The notes: a model not told the origin generated them from the letters alone. A stretch of 64,000 nucleotides of DNA from a virus (IMGVR_UViG_3300030330_004772:1-64000), one strand, 5' to 3'; shown: positions 7,967 through 17,012, counted from the first letter of the stretch. Made by a program: numbers and translations.

Positions 7967-9568
7967 ATGAAATCATTAACTGAAGAACAGAAACGTATGA
8001 GAGAACTTATGGGATTTACCTATAAGGATAATTCACATGATATATTATCGGAACAAAATATGGATTTACTTTTAGAGGGTAAATTAAAAGGTAGAGGTGA
8101 TACAAGAACAGGTATTGCGAATTTTACTGCTTATAGTCAGGAAGTTGCATACTTTAAAAATATAAAGATGTTCGATGATTTTAGAAGAGGTCAAAGATTT
8201 GAAATTACTAGCCATAGGGATAATACTGCAGGACCTACACAACAAAATATGATAATTGATCCCCCAAAACCTAAACCTGAGCCTATTGACGTAATAGAAG
8301 AAGAACCAATTAGTATTAATATACCATTTAGTGTAGATGATCCATTTCAATTTGATGATGATGTGTTATATACTGAAGCAGAAAATAAATTAAATAAATT
8401 TATTTCTGATGTTAACAATTTAAGAGAAAATAAATTATATGACTCAAAAGTTATAGACGCATATTATGAATTTTTAAAATCTAAACCTATTTCAGTTTTT
8501 GGTTACGCATCTATAGACGCATTATCAAACTATAAAATAACTGGTAGTGACAACACATCTTGTGGTGGTAAAGAAAGGCTTAGACATGACTATAATAAGT
8601 GTTTATCTAAAGTTAGAGCAGAAGCAATTATAGAAAAATTAAAAGCTAGTGATGGTATATTAAGTGAATTAAATTATATTGCAAAAGGAATGGGTGAAAC
8701 TAATAAATTTAGTGGTAAAAAATGGAATAATAATGTGGCAGATCCCACAACAGACAAAAATTCACCATTCACTACGAAAGATACTAAAAAAGATAGAAAA
8801 TTTAGTGTTGTTTTACCTACTTTCACATACGAAGAACCTGCACCGCCCACACCAGAACCCATTGATGATACATATCCAGGATGGGTAGAACCTAGAATTA
8901 CTCTATATAATCCTGAAGCATTAAAAGTGTTACATAGTGATCCAGACTACTCCCAAAGAGATGAAAGGGGACAATATAAGGATGAGAACATTCAGAATAT
9001 AAACACAATTTCTTTAATGGATAATAAGTGTATTACATTTGATGAAACAATAGAAAATAAACAACACCCACATAAATTAAAAGATGGTAGAGTGGTCTAC
9101 CCATTGAAGGGGGATTTGCGAATTATGTCTCCTGATGAATGTTACAAAAATAAATTTGATATAGGTTCTTTTTTAGGAATAGGTAAAAAAATTATTGGTT
9201 GTACTGTTGATCAAAACAGTAAAAATTTATTATTTAGAGAATCACAATTAGATCATGTCTTAGGTAAAGGCTGGATGGAAAAATATTTTTTCCCATTCTG
9301 GGTATTTGAGACGGGGAAATACCCAATGGAAATATCTAAAAAAGAAATAACCGTTTATGATAACTCTAATACGGCATATACATTTCCTTATAAATCAGAT
9401 AATTTATTATATGGTAATGTTTCTACACCAAAAAAATGGATTGCAAGACCCTTTGGAAGTAACCAAATCATTATAAATAATAGGGGATGGTATACCATTA
9501 AGAAACAAGAAAATTATTCAATACAAGACGATGGTAATAATGGTCAATTTCCATTTGGTGGGGGGTAA
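7967..9568 (+). CDS. Protein with degenerate OmpA/MotB C-terminal-like domain, MKSLTEEQKRMRELMG leader
   Basis: Start moved to ATG 7967. FQFDDDVL...GYAS...NKCLSKVRAEAI...AKGMGET...DRKF follows the OmpA_C pattern. Confidence 0.6.
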   Translation: MKSLTEEQKRMRELMGFTYKDNSHDILSEQNMDLLLEGKLKGRGDTRTGIANFTAYSQEVAYFKNIKMFDDFRRGQRFEITSHRDNTAGPTQQNMIIDPPKPKPEPIDVIEEEPISINIPFSVDDPFQFDDDVLYTEAENKLNKFISDVNNLRENKLYDSKVIDAYYEFLKSKPISVFGYASIDALSNYKITGSDNTSCGGKERLRHDYNKCLSKVRAEAIIEKLKASDGILSELNYIAKGMGETNKFSGKKWNNNVADPTTDKNSPFTTKDTKKDRKFSVVLPTFTYEEPAPPTPEPIDDTYPGWVEPRITLYNPEALKVLHSDPDYSQRDERGQYKDENIQNINTISLMDNKCITFDETIENKQHPHKLKDGRVVYPLKGDLRIMSPDECYKNKFDIGSFLGIGKKIIGCTVDQNSKNLLFRESQLDHVLGKGWMEKYFFPFWVFETGKYPMEISKKEITVYDNSNTAYTFPYKSDNLLYGNVSTPKKWIARPFGSNQIIINNRGWYTIKKQENYSIQDDGNNGQFPFGGG

Positions 9569-10204
9569 TTAATAAATAAAATTGATAAATGCCCAATGTT
9601 TGCCATGTGCATATCTAACACAACAGGCAACTTGACTTTTCATTTCCACTTTATCAACACCCCAAGTCCTATACTCATAGGTATCAAATAAATTAGATCT
9701 TTGTGTTCCTTTATGCATTGATGAACTCTCCCATATTTTAATCATATGTGATGCCATTTCTTGATACGTATCAAATTTCTTATTGGTTTTTAACCCATTC
9801 TCCATATAATGGAGATTATCAGGTATATCAAAACCGGTTTCATATTTTATATATACATCTTCACTAAAAGGTTTTTTATTTTTTAAATCATACCACCAGT
9901 CTACTCTATCCACATGATGTAGTCTATTTTGTCTAACATTTTCTTCGGTATTAGGTTTAGATATCAATTCATACACTCTGTCGGACCAGTATAATTTTCT
10001 TTTTTCTTTGTAGTTAGGTATATCTTTTAATACCTCAGATATTAAATCACCAGTAACATAATATTGGATAGTGTCTCTAAAGTGTTGGAATGTTTCAAAT
10101 AATACCTCTTCTGCTCTCTTACTATCAAAGTTATTATAGTCTATTGGTTGACTATAACTGTTTAAGGCTACTAATACTAATAATAATGTGATTAACTTTT
10201 TCAT
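9569..10204 (-). CDS. Secreted CAP/SCP-like domain protein
   Basis: ATG 10204; signal peptide MKKLITLLLVLVALNSYSQ; C-terminal IWESSSMHKG...VACCVRY resembles CAP W..S..H. Confidence 0.55.
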   Translation of the reverse strand: MKKLITLLLVLVALNSYSQPIDYNNFDSKRAEEVLFETFQHFRDTIQYYVTGDLISEVLKDIPNYKEKRKLYWSDRVYELISKPNTEENVRQNRLHHVDRVDWWYDLKNKKPFSEDVYIKYETGFDIPDNLHYMENGLKTNKKFDTYQEMASHMIKIWESSSMHKGTQRSNLFDTYEYRTWGVDKVEMKSQVACCVRYAHGKHWAFINFIY

Positions 10205-10236
10205 ATTGTTTGATTTATACAAATATAAGAAAAATA
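10169..10236. repeat. 68-bp perfect direct repeat, copy 1 (promoter -7 element, leader and first 12 codons of a signal peptide)
   Basis: Identical to 12162-12229 by base-by-base comparison. Confidence 0.9.
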
Positions 10237-10251
10237 ATCCTAATATCCAAA
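10220..10251 (-). promoter_or_regulatory. Bacteroidota-type sigma70 promoter (TTTG-N20-TATATTTG)
   Basis: Exact consensus with a 20-nt spacer upstream of ATG 10204. Confidence 0.75.
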
Positions 10252-10305
10252 CTATAATGTATTTTTTTTAGTATTATGTTATATTTATATAAAAATACGT
10301 CCACA

Positions 10306-11535
10306 ATGAAAAAAATAAAAACATTAAACGAAGAAATAAAAAGAATAAAATCCCTTTTTCACTATGAAGAAGGTTCTACTATTCTTGAAACTATAGACAT
10401 TTATGAACAAGATGAACAAAATGAACTAGGTTTATTAGGTCCCCCAAACTGCAATGTATCCGAAGAAATTAACCATATTGGTGAATTTAGTGCAACAAAA
10501 TCAGATGCAACTAAACCATTTACAGATTTTATAACTAAGATGAAGACACAAATTGATGGTAATGCAAAATTAAAGAAGTTGATTGATGAGGGTGGTAAAG
10601 TTTTTATTAGTGAATTAACTGTTATGGGTGGTGCTAGTAATCATTATAATAAAAAAGCAACTGCTGCAGATGTAGAAAATGATTATAAAACACCATACGC
10701 TGGTAATATTAAACAGGATTCAGGTTATAAAGCCAATCGTGGATATGCGAAAAGTAGGGCGTTGAATTTAGTAAATGCAATGGTTAAGAAATTACCTGAA
10801 ATGGGAGTTAAAGTAGCTGAGGAAGTATTAGAAAATGCCAAAAACAATATAGACGTTAAAGTTATCAACACAGGAGGTAAAAATGATAGTAGTAGTACTG
10901 CAAAAAATCCTGGTCAGATTGTTAAAATTTATATGAAAATTTGTGGTGAAGGTGGTGATCCAGATATTCTAAAGTGTTTTGAGTCTGCAACTATTAGGGT
11001 AGATTATGATAGTAATAGTCCTGATCAGACACATGTTTGTAATCATGCAGTTTATGATATTTACGCCAATGGGGTTAAATTAGAAAGAACCGATGGTGTG
11101 TCATATGCTAGTTTAAATAATGATTATAGACAATCGACAAATTTTAAACCACAAAAAATATCAAATGATGGAAACAATAAGGGTGGTGCTTATGTTTATA
11201 ACGAATTTAAATTAACTATGGATGGTGTAAACAAAGAATTTTTTAATGAGGAAAATTTATATAAATATAATGGTGGTTTAGTTGTTAGTGCTAAATGTGT
11301 GAGGACAAGTCACGGTTCATGGGCAAATAACAGTGATTGTCACGAATGGGTGGGAGACATTAAATTATCGACTTCAGACGGGGTAGAAACAGTAGAAGTA
11401 GGACAAACTGATCTTTCAGGAACTGGATTAAAATTTAGTACACCTAATAATTTTGACGCGATAGTACCACTTGCAGGATTTGAGGCTTGTAAAGATTTGG
11501 CAAATAACAATGATAAACCAGTGGGGGATCAATAA
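10306..11535 (+). CDS. Protein with highly degenerate OmpA-like segment, MKKIKTLNEEIKRIKSLF leader
   Basis: Start moved to ATG 10306, after ATATTTAT at 10281. MGGAS...NRGYAKSRALNL...GQIVKI segment; Cys/His-containing C-terminal domain. Confidence 0.55.
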   Translation: MKKIKTLNEEIKRIKSLFHYEEGSTILETIDIYEQDEQNELGLLGPPNCNVSEEINHIGEFSATKSDATKPFTDFITKMKTQIDGNAKLKKLIDEGGKVFISELTVMGGASNHYNKKATAADVENDYKTPYAGNIKQDSGYKANRGYAKSRALNLVNAMVKKLPEMGVKVAEEVLENAKNNIDVKVINTGGKNDSSSTAKNPGQIVKIYMKICGEGGDPDILKCFESATIRVDYDSNSPDQTHVCNHAVYDIYANGVKLERTDGVSYASLNNDYRQSTNFKPQKISNDGNNKGGAYVYNEFKLTMDGVNKEFFNEENLYKYNGGLVVSAKCVRTSHGSWANNSDCHEWVGDIKLSTSDGVETVEVGQTDLSGTGLKFSTPNNFDAIVPLAGFEACKDLANNNDKPVGDQ

Positions 11536-12197
11536 TTATAGTGTATCTTGATTATTGCTTTATCTAATTCACTTAATTCAGATAAATCGTTATAGTGTTC
11601 ATAAAATATACTATTTTTATAATCGTATGAATCAGCTATAAGACCAAAACATTGGGTTATCTCCTCATACATCACATGTTTAGTTCTTTTTTGTGATTCA
11701 GTATTTTCTAAATTAATAAACGCTTCGGCTTGATAAATATAACCACTCCAACCAGGAACCCAATTCAAACCGTTACATAAATGATAATAATTTTTAATAG
11801 TTCTATTACCACTATATTCCATATAACCTTCACCAGAACCGAAATAAACCAATATGTCACAACCTTTTCTTTCGGAAACTAATTTCACCTCAATAGAATC
11901 TAATAATTCATTCATTGTCTTTACGTATTGAGTAATATCATTCATAATACTATCAGAAACATCTCCCACAATAAAAATATCTACATCGTGTAACCATTTT
12001 TTGGGTCTTACTCTTTTGGTTGGGTATTTAAAAGAACTCCTATAATTTGTAATTTGATAATAATAGTGTAATACTGAATCAGGATATTCGTAATTAGTTT
12101 TAACCCTTAAACGTTCTATAATAGAATCTGGATAAGTTTTCTGTGAATACCCATTTAGGGTTACTAATACTAATAATAATGTGATTAACTTTTTCAT
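11529..12197 (-). CDS. Secreted DUF2927-like metallopeptidase-fold protein
   Basis: ATG 12197; signal peptide MKKLITLLLVLVTLNGYSQ; YEEITQCFGLIAD...SIF...LSELDKAII motif. Confidence 0.65.
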   Translation of the reverse strand: MKKLITLLLVLVTLNGYSQKTYPDSIIERLRVKTNYEYPDSVLHYYYQITNYRSSFKYPTKRVRPKKWLHDVDIFIVGDVSDSIMNDITQYVKTMNELLDSIEVKLVSERKGCDILVYFGSGEGYMEYSGNRTIKNYYHLCNGLNWVPGWSGYIYQAEAFINLENTESQKRTKHVMYEEITQCFGLIADSYDYKNSIFYEHYNDLSELSELDKAIIKIHYNY

Positions 12198-12229
12198 ATT
12201 GTTTGATTTATACAAATATAAGAAAAATA
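12162..12229. repeat. 68-bp perfect direct repeat, copy 2
   Basis: Identical to 10169-10236. Confidence 0.9.
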
Positions 12230-12244
12230 TTTTAATCTACCAAA
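12213..12244 (-). promoter_or_regulatory. Bacteroidota-type sigma70 promoter (TTTG-N20-TATATTTG)
   Basis: Exact consensus with a 20-nt spacer upstream of ATG 12197. Confidence 0.75.
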
Positions 12245-12260
12245 TAAAAAGATAAAAAGA

Positions 12261-14729
12261 TTATATAACCTTAACGTCTATCTTTTCTTTTACCTTACTA
12301 TATGACACCATAATAGTTTGTCCTTCTTTAATATTATCTTTTAATATTTCTTCAGATATTGGGTCTTCAATGTATTTTTGTATTGCCCTATTAAGTGGTC
12401 TAGCACCGTATTCTTCATCATAACCTATATCACTTAGGAAGTCTTTGGCGGATTTTAATATTTTCAAACCAAAACCTAATTCTTTAATACGTTGTGTTAT
12501 ACTAACAACTTCTAAATCTACAATCTTTTTAATTTCATCTGATTTAAGTGAATTAAATATTACCACATCATCTAGTCTATTTAAAAATTCTGGTGGGAAA
12601 TGTTTCTTTAATTCTTTATTTAGAAAATTAGACTTCTCTTGATCTTTATTTTTCTCTAAACTTTTTGTACTGAAACCAACACCGCTACCGAACTCTTGTA
12701 GTTTTTTAATTCCTACATTTGATGTCATAATAACCATACAGTTTTTAAAGTTAACTTTTCTACCTAAACTATCTGTTAATTGTCCATCATCCAACAATTG
12801 TAATAAAACATTGTAGATATCTTTATGTGCTTTCTCAATCTCATCAAATAGAATTATTGAATATGGTTTTCTTCTTACTTTTTCTGTAAGTTGTCCACCT
12901 TCTTCATGACCTACATATCCCGGAGGTGCACCTACCATTCTAGATAATGCGTGTTTCTCTTGATATTCTGACATATCAATTCTTATTAGTGAATCCTCAT
13001 CACCAAACATATATTGTGCAAGTTTTTTGGCTAAGTGTGTTTTACCTGTACCTGTAGGTCCTAAGAACATAAATGTACCAATAGGTTTTTTAGGGTTTCT
13101 GATACCCACTCTATTTCTTCTTAATGATTTAGCAATTTTAACTACCGCATCATTTTGTCCTATAACACTACCTTTCATTTCTTTTTCCATCCCTAACAAT
13201 CTCTTACCTTCATCATTGGTAAGTCTTTTTAGTGGTATACCAGTCATAGTAGCAACTACTTCACTTACATCTTCCGGATTAATTACAGTTCTCTTTTTAT
13301 CTAAACTATTTTTCCACTCTTCTTTTTTAGCGTCTAGTTTATCTATAACCTGTCTTTCCTTATCACGTAGTTTTGCTGCCTCTTCATATTTTTGACTTCT
13401 CACTACTCTATTTTTTTCCTCTTTAATGGATATGATCTCTTGCTCTAAATCACTAATAATTTTAGGTGGTTTTGCATTAACTTGAGATCTAGCACCAACC
13501 TCATCCATAATATCAATCGCTTTATCAGGAAATTCTCTATCTGTAACATAACGATCCGCCAGTTTAACACATTGAATTATAGTATCTTCTAAATAAGTAA
13601 CTTTATGGTACTTTTCATATGAAGATTTTATTTTCTCTAAAATTTCTATGGTTTCATTTATTGAAGGAGGTTCAATTACTACCTGTTGAAATCTTCTTGT
13701 TAATGCACCATCTTTTTCAATATGTTCTCTAAACTCATCTAGTGTAGTTGCACCTATTATCTGTATATCTCCTCTGGATAAAGCAGGTTTTAAAACATTT
13801 GCAGCATCCATTGAACCGGATGCATTACCTGCACCCACTAAAGTATGTAATTCATCGATAAATAAAATAATATTATCTGTATCCACTAATTCATCTACCA
13901 AACCTTTTATTCGTTCTTCAAACTGACCTCTATATTTAGTACCAGCAACTAATGAAGTTAAATCTAAAGAAATTAATCTTTTATCTAATAATGTTCTTGG
14001 TGCATCACCCTCATTTATTTTTAATGCTAACCCCTCAATAACTGTAGTTTTACCAACTCCTGGATCACCAATTAAAACAGGATTATTTTTTTTCTTTCTA
14101 GACAATATTTGTGCAACTCTCTGAATTACATCATCCCTACCAATTACAGGATCAATTTTACCTTCTGACGCTTTTTTAGTTACATCCACAGAAAAGTTAT
14201 CTAATATAGGTGTATTAGAATTTTTGTTTTTCTTTTTTGGTGGTCTATTACTAAACATATTTTCTTCTTCATCCATAGAATCAAAAGAATTATCGATAAG
14301 ATGTTTTTTAACTGTTTTATTATATTCTTTATAATTTGCTCCCATTTTCTCCAATATTTTACTTATTTTATTTTTTTCTTTAAGTATAGATAACATTATA
14401 TGTGCAGTATTAAGATATAGCTCTTTTAATTTATCACATTCTATTTCCGCTTCTGCAATAATTTTTTTAGTGTACTCAGACATAGGTAATAACGAAACAT
14501 TTATAACACTATCATCTTCAGTTGGGGAATATACTATTTTCTCAACTTTACTATGAAATTTATTTATATCTACACCTAACTCTATTAGATACTTAATTGC
14601 TTCGTTATCATAATCATTAATTAGTGCAATAACTATGTGTTCAATATTTATTTCCATATCACCATATAGTTTAGCTTCCTCAATAGATTTATTTATGATT
14701 TTTTTTACTTTTGGTTGTACTTTTTTCAT
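12261..14729 (-). CDS. clpC: ClpC-type AAA+ unfoldase (Clp_N, two AAA modules, UVR middle domain)
   Basis: Walker A GDPGVGKT and GPTGTGKT; Walker B FIDELH and FDEIEK; UVR-like SQKYEEAAKLRDKE; ClpP-docking-like GVGF loop. Confidence 0.92.
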   Translation of the reverse strand: MKKVQPKVKKIINKSIEEAKLYGDMEINIEHIVIALINDYDNEAIKYLIELGVDINKFHSKVEKIVYSPTEDDSVINVSLLPMSEYTKKIIAEAEIECDKLKELYLNTAHIMLSILKEKNKISKILEKMGANYKEYNKTVKKHLIDNSFDSMDEEENMFSNRPPKKKNKNSNTPILDNFSVDVTKKASEGKIDPVIGRDDVIQRVAQILSRKKKNNPVLIGDPGVGKTTVIEGLALKINEGDAPRTLLDKRLISLDLTSLVAGTKYRGQFEERIKGLVDELVDTDNIILFIDELHTLVGAGNASGSMDAANVLKPALSRGDIQIIGATTLDEFREHIEKDGALTRRFQQVVIEPPSINETIEILEKIKSSYEKYHKVTYLEDTIIQCVKLADRYVTDREFPDKAIDIMDEVGARSQVNAKPPKIISDLEQEIISIKEEKNRVVRSQKYEEAAKLRDKERQVIDKLDAKKEEWKNSLDKKRTVINPEDVSEVVATMTGIPLKRLTNDEGKRLLGMEKEMKGSVIGQNDAVVKIAKSLRRNRVGIRNPKKPIGTFMFLGPTGTGKTHLAKKLAQYMFGDEDSLIRIDMSEYQEKHALSRMVGAPPGYVGHEEGGQLTEKVRRKPYSIILFDEIEKAHKDIYNVLLQLLDDGQLTDSLGRKVNFKNCMVIMTSNVGIKKLQEFGSGVGFSTKSLEKNKDQEKSNFLNKELKKHFPPEFLNRLDDVVIFNSLKSDEIKKIVDLEVVSITQRIKELGFGLKILKSAKDFLSDIGYDEEYGARPLNRAIQKYIEDPISEEILKDNIKEGQTIMVSYSKVKEKIDVKVI

Positions 14730-14735
14730 ACTTGA

Positions 14736-14767
14736 TTTGTTTTTTTATATAAATATCTGTATATTTG
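14736..14767 (+). promoter_or_regulatory. Bacteroidota-type promoter for the methyltransferase, with an opposite-strand ATATTTAT motif (14749-14756) in its spacer
   Basis: TTTG 14736-14739, 20-nt spacer, TATATTTG 14760-14767. Confidence 0.7.
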
Positions 14768-14789
14768 TATTAAAGATATAAAATAAATT

Positions 14790-15713
14790 ATGAAAAGTCA
14801 ATATAAATTACACCTAGGAGACACAAAAAAAATAATTTCTTCTATGATCGAAGAAAACAAAAAAGTAGATATGATATTTACATCGCCACCCTATTTTTCT
14901 ATGAGAAAAAACTATAGTGGTAATGACGATGGTGAAATAGGATCAATACATGTTGATGATTACGCTGACTGGTTTTTGGAATTTACAGAATTATTTTTAA
15001 AAGTATTAAAACCCAATGGTAGTTTTTTCTTAAATATTAATGATAAAATAGATAATGGAGTAGTACATCCTGTGATTGATGAATTAAAATATAAAATGAG
15101 AAGACAGGGATGGTATATGGTTGCTAAACCGTATATATGGTTTAAGAAAAACGCTATACCAACCAATTGCAAATATAGGGCAATAGATAGATATGAATAT
15201 GTGTTTCACTTTTCTAATTCTAATAAACCTAAATTTGTTGCAGATAACTGTAGAACAGAACATTCAGAAGTTACCAAAAAAAGATTCAAAAAACCAGTTA
15301 CTACTATTAATTCTAGAGATGGTGTATATGATTCACAAATGAGAGAGTTAAATAAAAAAGGTTCTTTACCACACAATGTTGTAATTGCAGCATCAGAAAC
15401 AAATTCAGGAATACTTCACCCTGCACCATTTAGTGTTGAATTGGCGGAATGGTTTGTTAAAATAGGTAGTAATGAAAACGATGTGGTTTTAGATCCATTC
15501 GCTGGATCATCAACAACAGGTGTATCCTCATTAAAAAACAATAGAAACTTTATTGGTATAGACTTAGTAGAATTTAATATTAATTTCGGAAGAAAAAGAA
15601 TGAATCACTATTTAGAAACTGGTGAAACTTTTATCCCTAAAAATTTATTAGAGGAAAAGGGTATTGATGTAAACTATTATAAAATAAAAGGTAAACACAT
15701 AAACAACCCTTAA
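14790..15713 (+). CDS. Orphan beta-class amino-DNA methyltransferase (SPPY, probably m4C)
   Basis: FTSPPY precedes HPAPF and VLDPFAGSSTT (beta order); no cognate endonuclease adjacent. Confidence 0.9.
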   Translation: MKSQYKLHLGDTKKIISSMIEENKKVDMIFTSPPYFSMRKNYSGNDDGEIGSIHVDDYADWFLEFTELFLKVLKPNGSFFLNINDKIDNGVVHPVIDELKYKMRRQGWYMVAKPYIWFKKNAIPTNCKYRAIDRYEYVFHFSNSNKPKFVADNCRTEHSEVTKKRFKKPVTTINSRDGVYDSQMRELNKKGSLPHNVVIAASETNSGILHPAPFSVELAEWFVKIGSNENDVVLDPFAGSSTTGVSSLKNNRNFIGIDLVEFNINFGRKRMNHYLETGETFIPKNLLEEKGIDVNYYKIKGKHINNP

Positions 15714-15753
15714 TGACAAAATGTCACAAAAATTCTATTGGCATTTATTTTGA
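15714..15753 (+). promoter_or_regulatory. TGACA-N3-TGTCA palindrome plus sigma54-like -24/-12 site upstream of hsp20
   Basis: Palindrome at 15714-15726; TGGCAT-N5-TTGA at 15739-15753. Confidence 0.5.
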
Positions 15754-15793
15754 TTATATAGGTTTATAATAATAATAATTTAAAATAAAAAAA

Positions 15794-16252
15794 ATGTATA
15801 ATAGAAATTTAAACGATTTTATAAAAGAATTTATGAATGATGATTTTTTCGGTAGAAGTTATGAAATAAGTATACCAAGAATCAGAACTAATAATCTTAA
15901 AACAAGAGATTATAGTGATAACACACCATCTACTAACGTATATGAGGATGAATGGTCATATAGATATGAATTATCAACACCAGGATTTACCAAAAAGGAT
16001 TTAACTATTAAAATAGAAGAAAATATTTTAGAAGTTAAAGGTGAGAGAAAAACTGAAAATAAAAAAGACAAAGGTGAATATATTTCTAAAGAATATCATA
16101 CCTCTAAATTTTTTAGATCATTTAATCTACCAGAAAATGTTGTATTAGATGAAGTACACGCAAAAGTTGAAAATGGTATTACTATTTTGTTTTTACCTAA
16201 AGTAACACCAACCAAAAAGAAAAGTGGAAGTAGAACTGTAGATATCGCTTAA
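15794..16252 (+). CDS. Hsp20/alpha-crystallin small heat-shock protein
   Basis: ELSTPGFTKKDLTI...LEVKGER...FFRSFNLPENV...AKVENGITILFLPK. Confidence 0.93.
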   Translation: MYNRNLNDFIKEFMNDDFFGRSYEISIPRIRTNNLKTRDYSDNTPSTNVYEDEWSYRYELSTPGFTKKDLTIKIEENILEVKGERKTENKKDKGEYISKEYHTSKFFRSFNLPENVVLDEVHAKVENGITILFLPKVTPTKKKSGSRTVDIA

Positions 16253-16275
16253 ACTATTTAATAACTAAAAAAAAT

Positions 16276-16309
16276 AAACCCATAACTTTACTTGTTGTGG
16301 GTTTTTTTT
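16276..16309 (+). terminator. Intrinsic terminator after hsp20
   Basis: AAACCCATAAC / GTTGTGGGTTT stem followed by a T-run. Confidence 0.8.
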
Positions 16310-16320
16310 ATATTTATAAT

Positions 16321-16992
16321 ATGAAAAAAGTAATAAACGTATTGGATATTGAATCCTCTTTAGACGGTGATCCAAATGTTAAAATAATTAATGGAAAATT
16401 GTCTGTTTTAAATATTAAACAACATGTATATAACACACCGTTGATTCCTAATTTTATAATAAATAATACAGAAAAATTAAAAATATTTAATGAGATTAAT
16501 AAGGTTTATGGGAAAAAAGATAAAAACTTAAAGAAATATTTATTATTGTTTATATTTTTTGGTGTTTTTCTTGTGACTATATCACCCAAAAAAACATTTA
16601 ACTTTTTTTACCTTAAAACTAAAAATAAGTATATTGAAGACTTTCAAGACGCTTTTAATTATAATATTTTTAAAATTAAAAATAAAATACTAAAAAGAAT
16701 TTTTTTTATTTTTTATAGTTTTTTTATTATTTTAAGTTTTATTAAATTTTTAATGACTAAAAACCCAACTAATGATGAGTGGGGTTGGGAGGAATCTTAT
16801 AATTGGACTGCAATTTATGATTCTTTAGTAAAGTATGGTTACGATAGTAACACCACATACCCAATAAGGGTGGGAAGAAATTTAAATGGATCTAACTATT
16901 TGTATTATGCAAAAGATGGTAATCATAGAACATTTTTATTAAAACAAATGTACCCTGAAGGAAAAGAAATTGAAGTATTATTTGAAAATTAA
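16321..16992 (+). CDS. Hypothetical protein with two hydrophobic segments and a C-terminal ParB/Srx-like DGNHR motif
   Basis: ATG 16321 follows ATATTTAT at 16310; YYAKDGNHRTFLL motif. Confidence 0.5.
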   Translation: MKKVINVLDIESSLDGDPNVKIINGKLSVLNIKQHVYNTPLIPNFIINNTEKLKIFNEINKVYGKKDKNLKKYLLLFIFFGVFLVTISPKKTFNFFYLKTKNKYIEDFQDAFNYNIFKIKNKILKRIFFIFYSFFIILSFIKFLMTKNPTNDEWGWEESYNWTAIYDSLVKYGYDSNTTYPIRVGRNLNGSNYLYYAKDGNHRTFLLKQMYPEGKEIEVLFEN

Positions 16993-17012
16993 AAATTAAT
17001 TTATTATATTTG
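16981..17012 (+). promoter_or_regulatory. Bacteroidota-type promoter (TTTG-N20-TATATTTG)
   Basis: Exact consensus just upstream of ATG 17017. Confidence 0.7.

Noticed and set aside
10169-12229. 68-bp direct repeats as att sites or transposon ends
   Set aside because: No integrase or transposase nearby; the repeat corresponds exactly to a promoter and signal-peptide start.
14790-15713. Complete restriction-modification system
   Set aside because: Neighbours are clpC and hsp20; no endonuclease or specificity subunit is adjacent.
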